From a bacterium (lineage in GTDB: Bacteria; Fidelibacterota; Marinisomatia; Marinisomatales; UBA1611): DNA of 10,497 nucleotides. How positions within the stretch are numbered: position 1 is the stretch's first letter; every line of letters begins with the position of its first letter. Below are positions 1 through 6,548 of the stretch, one piece after another. Position numbers and translations under genes: made by a program. The notes under the pieces were generated by a model, which searched no databases, was not told where the DNA came from, and saw only the letters and a program-made list of their open reading frames with translations. The stretch lies in NCBI GenBank assembly GCA_038127595.1, contig JAYPIC010000060.1, forward strand, positions 1 through 10,497, written 5' to 3'.

Positions 1-165
1 ATCTAACAATATAAGGTCGGGTAGTTTTTTTCTGGCTTTATCAATACCTACCTCACCATCCTTTGCCTCAAAAACCTGATGACCTTCATTTTTTAAATTA
101 AATGATATTAATTCTCTTATATCTAAATCATCTTCGACGACAAGTATATTTTTACTATCTAACAT
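1..165 (-). CDS. Response regulator receiver domain, N-terminal part (runs off the left edge); OmpR/PhoB-like, probably PhoB/PhoP
   Basis: Not in the ORF track. Manual translation from ATG at 165-163 gives MLDSKNILVVEDDLDIRELISFNLKNEGHQVFEAKDGEVGIDKARKKLPDLILLD. It has the receiver acidic pocket (ILVVEDD) and PDLILLD ending at the phospho-acceptor Asp. The PhoB assignment is inferred from sequence style and neighbourhood; the output domain is outside the window. Confidence 0.9.
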   Translation of the reverse strand, partial: MLDSKNILVVEDDLDIRELISFNLKNEGHQVFEAKDGEVGIDKARKKLPDLILLD

Positions 166-172
166 AATTAAA

Positions 173-204
173 ATTATAACCCCTTTATTAGAATTACATT
201 AGGA
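173..204 (-). promoter_or_regulatory. Putative promoter of the response regulator: two 11-bp-spaced direct repeats (Pho-box-like) plus a perfect -10 box
   Basis: The minus strand reads TCCTAATG(204-197)-taa-TTCTAATA(193-186)-aaggggt-TATAAT(178-173)-tttaatt-ATG. The repeat units resemble those at 745-774. Confidence 0.55.
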
Positions 205-227
205 GTAATAAATATTTATTTTATAAT
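199..227 (+). promoter_or_regulatory. Possible sigma70-type promoter for the CYTH gene
   Basis: TATAAT at 222-227 with a weak -35 (TTAGGA, 199-204) at 17-bp spacing. The context is very AT-rich, so a chance match is possible. Confidence 0.3.
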
Positions 228-264
228 ATTTATTAAACTAAATACAGCTTTATACACATAAAAT

Positions 265-741
265 ATGCCCCAAGAGATTGAACGAAAATTTATATTATCT
301 AAAATTCCTAAAAACCTACCTGCTTTAAAAATTAAACAAGGTTATCTGCAATTAGATAAAAAATGCACCATAAGAGTGAGATCGACAATTAGCTCTAAGG
401 GTAGTAAAAACACATTGACAATTAAAGGTCCAACTAGCTTAAACGGAATGTCTCGTTATGAATTTGAAACAAAATTATCAGAGCTAGATGCTATTAGCTT
501 GTTTAAAATTTGTCATAAGCCATTAATTGAAAAAACTAGATATATATATTTATATGATTCCATGAAATGGGAACTCGATGAATTTCATGGAGCAAATCAA
601 GGTCTTCTCATTGGCGAAATCGAGCTAGAAAAAGAAACAGAAAAATTTAATATACCAAATATTGTTTTAAAGGAGGTAACTGGCGAAAAAAAATACTATA
701 ATAGCATGTTACAGCAGAATCCATTTAACAGTTGGAAATAA
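265..741 (+). CDS. CYTH-domain protein (triphosphate tunnel metalloenzyme; probable inorganic triphosphatase, often annotated as adenylate cyclase)
   Basis: N-terminal ExExK signature (EIERKF), followed by IKQGYL, IRVR, LTIKG, RYEFE, IEKTRY, WELDEF and EIEL, and C-terminal EVTG..KYYN. The 158 aa length fits the short CthTTM/NeuTTM-like subgroup. Confidence 0.93.
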   Translation: MPQEIERKFILSKIPKNLPALKIKQGYLQLDKKCTIRVRSTISSKGSKNTLTIKGPTSLNGMSRYEFETKLSELDAISLFKICHKPLIEKTRYIYLYDSMKWELDEFHGANQGLLIGEIELEKETEKFNIPNIVLKEVTGEKKYYNSMLQQNPFNSWK

Positions 742-744
742 ATT

Positions 745-778
745 TCCTAACACAATCCTAACATAAGCTTAATAACAT
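745..778 (+). promoter_or_regulatory. Pho-box-like tandem direct repeats with a candidate -10 element upstream of the beta-barrel gene
   Basis: TCCTAACA (745-752), TCCTAACA (756-763) and GCTTAATA (767-774) have an exact 11-bp period. ATTTAACA (723-730) is also in phase, 22 bp upstream. Candidate -10 is TAACAT at 773-778. An 11-bp period is the known geometry of OmpR/PhoB-family binding sites. Confidence 0.65.
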
Positions 779-831
779 TTTCCAATCAATATTGCCAATT
801 AAGGCAATTTTTAAACAAGATTGGATATGTA

Positions 832-2043
832 ATGAAAAAAACACTATACGCATTAACAATAATTATTATCTCATTTATTTATTCTCAAGATTCAACTAAA
901 CAAATTTCAATAAACCTTCCTTCGGGTATCGATATTGACCTTAAAGGAAAAGTTGAGTTTGAATTTGTTGATGTTGAGGGAGAAGGTGGTGCTATAAATA
1001 GCACTGAATTTATACAAAAAATACAAACACGTAGCCCTTACGTACGAATCGATAAAGCCGTCCTTAACTTTAAAATTCTTTATTCTGAGAATATTTCATT
1101 TCGGTTTGGATTAAGATTCGATGATGACAATGCATATGTCGATAAGAGCTATTTATTATTTCAAAAACCTGGCTCTAAACTAGAAATTGGAAGCAATAGG
1201 CCTGCCATTGCATTAAATAGAGAGGTTGAGGGATACCCACTTATTGGTACAGCGTTTTGGAAAGGTAGGCAGTACCACTTAGATTATGAAAAACAGCTAA
1301 ATATTATGAACATGAAGCTTGGGGGATCTGTGGCATTAAAAAGACCCCTTGCCTTTGATTCTCCAGCTGAAGATGATTCATATCGTATGCTTGTTTATGG
1401 AAACATGCCTAAAAAAGCTAGAGACTGGGATGGTGTAACAACCGAATTTGGTTTAAGAAGCCAATTGAATATCGGTGTATTGAACATTCTTGGCTGGGGG
1501 TATATAGGTCAGTTATATGATGATTATGATTGGAGATTGTTATATGACCAGTTTACATATTATAGATATGCTCAGGGACAAGTTCTCCCAAAGGATGCTA
1601 ACAGAGATCATTATTGGGGCGGTGTAAGAACAGAGTTAGATATGTTTGGTTTTTTTACAAGAGCAGAATACATTATTTCAAAAGATGGCTTCTTAGATAG
1701 AGATGGGTTTTATGTTGAAACAAGAAGATCATTTAGACCCTCATATTTATCTAACAAACCACTTTTAATTTTAGCTAGATATGGAGGATTAAATATTGAA
1801 CCTGGTGGTACCTGGGAAGCTCAACTTGATGATCCTCATACTTGGGATAGAACAATGTTAACTCTTGCTGCAGTTTATAACCTGACGGAATATGCAAAAA
1901 TTAAGTTAGAGTATTATATAACTGGAGAAGAGACTGGTGATACAAAAGAAAAAGCAGAATCGTATAATAATGGACAAGGAAGAGAATATCAGCCAGACAT
2001 GGTAGATAATCAATTACTAGTTCAGTTTGAATTGAATTTTTAA
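832..2043 (+). CDS. Outer-membrane beta-barrel protein, putative porin (possibly distant OprO/OprP-like phosphate-selective porin)
   Basis: Sec signal peptide (MKKTLYALTIIIISFIYS/Q), many amphipathic strands (e.g. ISFRFGLRF, FFTRAEYI, LTLAAVYNL, KIKLEYY) and a C-terminal BAM beta-signal ending in Phe (QLLVQFELNF). The barrel call is well supported; substrate specificity is inferred from context. Confidence 0.72.
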   Translation: MKKTLYALTIIIISFIYSQDSTKQISINLPSGIDIDLKGKVEFEFVDVEGEGGAINSTEFIQKIQTRSPYVRIDKAVLNFKILYSENISFRFGLRFDDDNAYVDKSYLLFQKPGSKLEIGSNRPAIALNREVEGYPLIGTAFWKGRQYHLDYEKQLNIMNMKLGGSVALKRPLAFDSPAEDDSYRMLVYGNMPKKARDWDGVTTEFGLRSQLNIGVLNILGWGYIGQLYDDYDWRLLYDQFTYYRYAQGQVLPKDANRDHYWGGVRTELDMFGFFTRAEYIISKDGFLDRDGFYVETRRSFRPSYLSNKPLLILARYGGLNIEPGGTWEAQLDDPHTWDRTMLTLAAVYNLTEYAKIKLEYYITGEETGDTKEKAESYNNGQGREYQPDMVDNQLLVQFELNF

Positions 2044-2065
2044 TTAAAAAAAAGGAAAATAGATA

Positions 2066-3298
2066 ATGATTAAATACATTAAACTATTATTGTCTCTCAC
2101 AATTATGTTTACAATAGGATGTGAAGACAATGATGATGAAGCAGGAGCGACAAGTGTTGCGTTTGACATCACCAGGATTGATGTTAAATCAACAGGAGAC
2201 TCTGATGTTTCTCAACCCGAATTAGTGAGGTTTGTTTCTAGCACAGAAGGTGTAATTGTTAACTCAAAAACAAACTCTTTAGACTTTTTTGGTATTTCTG
2301 GTACCGGTCTAACTATGGGTACAGCGTCAGTAACATTAACTGATGACCCTGAAGGTGAATCATCATCAATCGATGTAAGTGTAGATAACTCCATCATTGC
2401 TGGTGTTGTTACAAAGGGAGCTTGCGCTAAAGGTGAGTTATACTTGGTTGAAGCTGCGACTAAAACAAAGTATGGACCTTATCAATTAGGTTATAATCCA
2501 GATGCTGTAGATATTTCTGTCGATAATCAGTACGTTGTTGTTGTAAATGAATATGACTACGGTGATGGGGTTGATGGTGGTTGTGATTCAATTGCTAGGC
2601 CTGGCGTAACTATTTATGATATATCAGGTGGACTTGGAAACGCAACATTAGTTAAAGATATGGTAATCAACCACACTGGATCTAATGGTGATTTAGCTGA
2701 ACCAGAAGGTGTCAAAATAGCACCTGATGGAAGAACAGTCTTCATGACTCTTCAAGAATCAAATGAGATCGGTTGGTTTGACATACTAAGCCCGCCAGAC
2801 ACATTAGTATATAAGATGGAGTTTACTTCTGTTAACCATAAGCCAGATGGTATTTGGGTAAATGATGCTCAAACATATGTTGCAACTGCTGGTGAAATTG
2901 ATGGTCAATTATGCGTAACAATGCTTGACGGACCTAACGGCGCACCAAGCACACAAACATATGCTAACTTAGCATCTGACCTTCCTAGCAACTGGACTTG
3001 GGAAGATGTAACCAAAGGCATCGAGCCAGAAGAAATTTTAATTCTTGATAAAGATGACCAGTCGTTTATGATTTCTACTCTCCAAGATGCTGGAGCAGTC
3101 GTTGTTTATAACATTACTGATCCAATGAACCCAGTTTATGATTCTGGAGCAATTTCAGAACTAAACGATTATACGCAGCAAGATGGTGGGGTAAGTAGTG
3201 GAGAGCCCGAAGGACTTCACTATAAAGATGGTTTTGTCCTAGTTGCAAATACAGCAGATCCTTCTGTGGCTTTGTTTAAAGCGTCTTGGGTTGATTAA
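2066..3298 (+). CDS. Lipoprotein with a 7-bladed beta-propeller, choice-of-anchor I / atypical alkaline phosphatase / Msp130-like
   Basis: Lipobox FTIG-C19 and an upstream AAGGA RBS. Blade motifs match the family pattern as recalled: GYNPDAVDISVDNQYVVVVNE, DLAEPEGVKIAPDGRTVFMTLQESNEIG, KPDGI, KGIEPEE..., GAVVVYNITDPMNP and GEPEGL..VLVAN. Confidence 0.72.
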   Translation: MIKYIKLLLSLTIMFTIGCEDNDDEAGATSVAFDITRIDVKSTGDSDVSQPELVRFVSSTEGVIVNSKTNSLDFFGISGTGLTMGTASVTLTDDPEGESSSIDVSVDNSIIAGVVTKGACAKGELYLVEAATKTKYGPYQLGYNPDAVDISVDNQYVVVVNEYDYGDGVDGGCDSIARPGVTIYDISGGLGNATLVKDMVINHTGSNGDLAEPEGVKIAPDGRTVFMTLQESNEIGWFDILSPPDTLVYKMEFTSVNHKPDGIWVNDAQTYVATAGEIDGQLCVTMLDGPNGAPSTQTYANLASDLPSNWTWEDVTKGIEPEEILILDKDDQSFMISTLQDAGAVVVYNITDPMNPVYDSGAISELNDYTQQDGGVSSGEPEGLHYKDGFVLVANTADPSVALFKASWVD

Positions 3299-3310
3299 TA
3301 AATTAATTCA

Positions 3311-3351
3311 TTAAAATAAGAAGGGGCCTTTTGGCCCCTTTTTTATTTTAA
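3311..3351. terminator. Bidirectional rho-independent terminator between convergent operons
   Basis: Stem AAGGGGCC(3321-3328)-TTTT-GGCCCCTT(3333-3340), followed by a T-run on the + strand and preceded by A-rich AAAATAAGAA, which gives a T-rich tail on the - strand. It lies between stop codons at 3298 and 3353. Confidence 0.9.
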
Positions 3352-3352
3352 T

Positions 3353-4132
3353 TTAAATTTTTTCTAAATCAGTAATTATTCCATGCACTCCAAGGTTTTT
3401 ACATTTCTCAATATTGATCTCTGAGTTTACAGTCCAAACATTTATTGGTAGGTTTTTAGCTTTACACCATTTAATAATATCCTCATCTAAAAAATCAATT
3501 CGAGGATGAACCGTATCAGGGTGGCAGAAATTTATCCATTTTTTCATGTTCTCACTTTCAAACAAAAACCCGGTTCTAGTAGATGGTATTAGCCATCTTG
3601 AAAAAAAGACAATGAGCGGATTAAAAGAAGAAATAAGAATTCTATGCTTTGTTTTATTATTTTTTAAAAACCTTCTCAAGACAAAAGCTGTTGATAAATC
3701 AAAATAGCTAGAAAATTTTATTTCAATGTTTATTATCATATCATTAGATATGTTTTCAATAACACTATTTAACCGCGGAACTTTTTGTTGGTTATTTGGA
3801 TGAGAAAAAAATCCAGTATTTATATTATCTAATTCATCTGATAACATCTGATCTATATAACCTGAATGATTGGTTTCTTGATCTAGTTGGTGGTTGTGAG
3901 AACAATATAAAACTCCATCTTTTGATGCAATTATATCAACCTCTATGCCTTGAAACCCTAAACTCTCTGCCTCTTTAAATGCTCCTATTGTATTTTCCGG
4001 ATTATTTTTTGTAACACCTCTATGAGAGATATAAGTTGGCTTAGATGTATAATAGTTTTCAGTTCCCCTGCCTTGCCAAAACCCTAAATAACTCACTATA
4101 AATAAGAGAGTTAATAAAAGAATAGAAATCAT
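3353..4132 (-). CDS. Glycerophosphodiester phosphodiesterase family protein (GDPD, GlpQ/UgpQ-like) with an N-terminal membrane anchor or signal
   Basis: SHRG, PENT..AF, IEVD, second His (CSHN), NIEIK, ISSFN, VWTVN and GIITD motifs; hydrophobic N-terminus; ATGA overlap with the upstream gene. Confidence 0.93.
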   Translation of the reverse strand: MISILLLTLLFIVSYLGFWQGRGTENYYTSKPTYISHRGVTKNNPENTIGAFKEAESLGFQGIEVDIIASKDGVLYCSHNHQLDQETNHSGYIDQMLSDELDNINTGFFSHPNNQQKVPRLNSVIENISNDMIINIEIKFSSYFDLSTAFVLRRFLKNNKTKHRILISSFNPLIVFFSRWLIPSTRTGFLFESENMKKWINFCHPDTVHPRIDFLDEDIIKWCKAKNLPINVWTVNSEINIEKCKNLGVHGIITDLEKI

Positions 4133-6519
4133 TTCAGGGGTAATAAAGTTAACCTTCTAAATTCTTTACTTTTTCTTATAAAGTTTTCATCAAACCACGT
4201 TGTTCTATATCCGCCACTATGATACAACTCTGCTTGGTCATCGTAGTGCTTACTATGCGGCAAGCCTGATTGACCTGTTGGAATTATTTGCTGAGTTTCG
4301 TTTAGATTATTAAAGTCTACAACCCTCCTCATTGAAGCGCCAGCGGTTTGAGCAAAAGGCTCACTAAAAGAATAAGAACCTGCATTTGGTGATTTATCTG
4401 AACCTCCAGATAAAAATGGTCCAACATTGAAACTAAATAACCAATCAAGAATTTTCTTTGAGCCAACTTTATGGTTATGGGTAAGATAATGCACCCTCCC
4501 CCATGTCCAATTTTCCATATTATGCCCAGCATAATTTTCAATATCATTTACACCATTTATAAATGATCTTTTAAGTATTTCATCAAAAGATTCGATTTTA
4601 TTTTTTGTTCTTATATCATCTATCCATGATGATTTTTTTTCAGCTAATATTTTTCTCAAACTTCTATTATGCAAATATTTCATGGAAGTGAATGCATCTA
4701 GATATTTGTCGCCTAATAGATTTAACTCATCTCCAAAAACCTCAATAACTAAACGGCGAAGAATTGAATGAAAAACCAAAGCACCTTTTGAATCTATATC
4801 TTCTACAAAATCCCATTCCTTAAGAATTGTCATGGATTTTTTAATTCTATCATTTTGATCATCAATATTTACATCATAAAAATAAGGAGCAATTTCTTTA
4901 GCAAATAACGAAGTATAATCAAGTTGAACTGATTTCATTTCATCAACAGTAGCGTTGTCTAGCGTGTCTAACCGTTTTACTATTTGTTGCGCTCTGCTTG
5001 GGTCGGCCCACAATCCACTAAAGTAATAAGGGAAAGAATCATCAATTACCTTATTGTTCGCTGTTGCTATATAACCAGACTCGGGATTATATAAAAATGG
5101 CATTTCACTATATGGCACTCTCCCTTTCCAATCATAACCTGGATCATCTCCAGGCCTTGGGGTAAGGCTAGAGCCTTGTTTTCTGATTGGTATATACACA
5201 GCAGATCTCCAGCCTATATTGCCTTCAACATCAGCATAAACTATGTTTTGTCCAGGCACACCATAATTCTTTACTGCGCTTGTAAAATCAGACCAGTTCT
5301 TTGATGTTGAAAGACCAAAAAGACCATCTATCTCTTTTGTTAACCAATTCCCTGTCCATGCCATTGAAAGAGAAACTGTATCTTCATTTAATAAACTATG
5401 GACATCGGTAATTATAGGACCATGATGGGTTAACCGAATTGTAATTGTAGTATCTCTATTATTTTTTAATGGGATCGTTTCAGTGATGATTTTCATATCT
5501 TCCCAATTCCCATTATATAAATACTGATTTCTGTTTTTGGAATTAATTGTTTCTATGAAAAAATCCATATCATCAACCATCGAATTTGTTAGCCCCCAGG
5601 CAATATGCTCATTTTGTCCAATGATTGGCATTGGTATTCCCGCAAGGCACAACCCACTGACGTTAAACCTTCCACCTTTTAAATGCATCTCATACCATCT
5701 CGGTGGTTGTGTAAATTTTAAATGTGGATCATTTGCCAAAAGTGGTTTGCCAGACTTGGTTCTAGCTCCAGAAATAACCCAATTATTTGAACCAGAAACG
5801 GAAGAATTGTATCCTAACAAATCTTCAAGAAACAACTCTTGGTTCATGATATCTGATAATATTTTATTTTTAAAACTTGCTGAAGCTATTGTTGGGTGGT
5901 CATCACTGTAATAAGGATAAATTTCTTTTAATTTTTCTTTTCCAAAATAGTTTTCAATAGCACCATAAACAATTTCTGGCTTCCACGAAGATGACATCTC
6001 TCTAGCCATCATCCTAGCATAGCCAGTTACTATAGGTGGGTTCCACGCTGGCGGCTTTATTTGTAGCAATTTAAATTCAATTGGAAGATCATTATATACT
6101 TCTTGTATACGATAATTAATACCAGCACAAAAAGCATTTATCAGCTGAACTGTTTGTGGGTCTAGTTCGCCTACAAGTTTTTTTGCCGTGTCATGAATCC
6201 TCCAAGTTCTTAGATATATATCACTATCTATGAGTTCATCACCAAGTGCACTAGACAATTCTCCTCTAACAGAAAAATTAACGATGGACATTTGAAATAG
6301 CCTATCTCTTGCTGCATAATATCCAGCCGCATAAAAAAGATCTTCCTCATTTTGTGCAAAAACATGAGGAACTCCAAACGCATCAGTATATATATCAACA
6401 GATTTATTAAGGCCTTTAATGGAGTGGTGGCCTTCATATTTCGGAAGAGGGTGGTTTAAAAACCAAAACAAAAAGCCAACTAAAACAACTATTATTGCTA
6501 ATATAATTTTTCTTCTCAT
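4129..6519 (-). CDS. Penicillin acylase family protein (peptidase S45, Ntn-hydrolase; acyl-homoserine lactone acylase-like)
   Basis: N-terminal anchor, DAFGVPHVFA, ARDRLFQM, autocleavage site G/SNNW (Ser244, codon 5790-5788), LLANDPHL, QNIVYADVEGNIG, YIATANN, WTWGRVH and PTGQSG..SKHYDDQ. Confidence 0.95.
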   Translation of the reverse strand: MRRKIILAIIVVLVGFLFWFLNHPLPKYEGHHSIKGLNKSVDIYTDAFGVPHVFAQNEEDLFYAAGYYAARDRLFQMSIVNFSVRGELSSALGDELIDSDIYLRTWRIHDTAKKLVGELDPQTVQLINAFCAGINYRIQEVYNDLPIEFKLLQIKPPAWNPPIVTGYARMMAREMSSSWKPEIVYGAIENYFGKEKLKEIYPYYSDDHPTIASASFKNKILSDIMNQELFLEDLLGYNSSVSGSNNWVISGARTKSGKPLLANDPHLKFTQPPRWYEMHLKGGRFNVSGLCLAGIPMPIIGQNEHIAWGLTNSMVDDMDFFIETINSKNRNQYLYNGNWEDMKIITETIPLKNNRDTTITIRLTHHGPIITDVHSLLNEDTVSLSMAWTGNWLTKEIDGLFGLSTSKNWSDFTSAVKNYGVPGQNIVYADVEGNIGWRSAVYIPIRKQGSSLTPRPGDDPGYDWKGRVPYSEMPFLYNPESGYIATANNKVIDDSFPYYFSGLWADPSRAQQIVKRLDTLDNATVDEMKSVQLDYTSLFAKEIAPYFYDVNIDDQNDRIKKSMTILKEWDFVEDIDSKGALVFHSILRRLVIEVFGDELNLLGDKYLDAFTSMKYLHNRSLRKILAEKKSSWIDDIRTKNKIESFDEILKRSFINGVNDIENYAGHNMENWTWGRVHYLTHNHKVGSKKILDWLFSFNVGPFLSGGSDKSPNAGSYSFSEPFAQTAGASMRRVVDFNNLNETQQIIPTGQSGLPHSKHYDDQAELYHSGGYRTTWFDENFIRKSKEFRRLTLLPLK

Positions 6520-6548
6520 AAAAATGATAATCTATTTACAAGATAACT

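Noticed and set aside
157..164. ATCTAACA resembling the Pho-like unit (also at 1-8)
   Set aside because: Single copies without an 11-bp partner; explained by Leu-Asp codons of the regulator gene.
723..774. Direct repeats as a CRISPR array, iterons or transposon end
   Set aside because: The units are 8 bp with 3-bp spacers, and there is no cas, rep or transposase gene; the geometry fits a transcription-factor site.
2212..2397. 61-aa minus-strand ORF
   Set aside because: Antisense shadow inside the lipoprotein gene; no recognisable motifs.
832..3298. Apparently higher GC in the barrel and lipoprotein genes as a sign of horizontal transfer
   Set aside because: Not quantified. It is explainable by Gly/Ala/Asp/Val-rich composition, lpdA looks similar, and there are no mobility signatures.
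3353..4132. GDPD has His-Asn (CSHN) where His-Asp is usual
   Set aside because: Both catalytic His residues and the E-x-D/E metal ligands are present; this alone is not evidence of inactivation or novelty.
6520..6538. Fur-box-like AAAAATGATAATCTATTTA before the acylase start (13/19 to GATAATGATAATCATTATC)
   Set aside because: Only one half-site matches, the match is unremarkable in AT-rich DNA, and there are no iron-related genes nearby.
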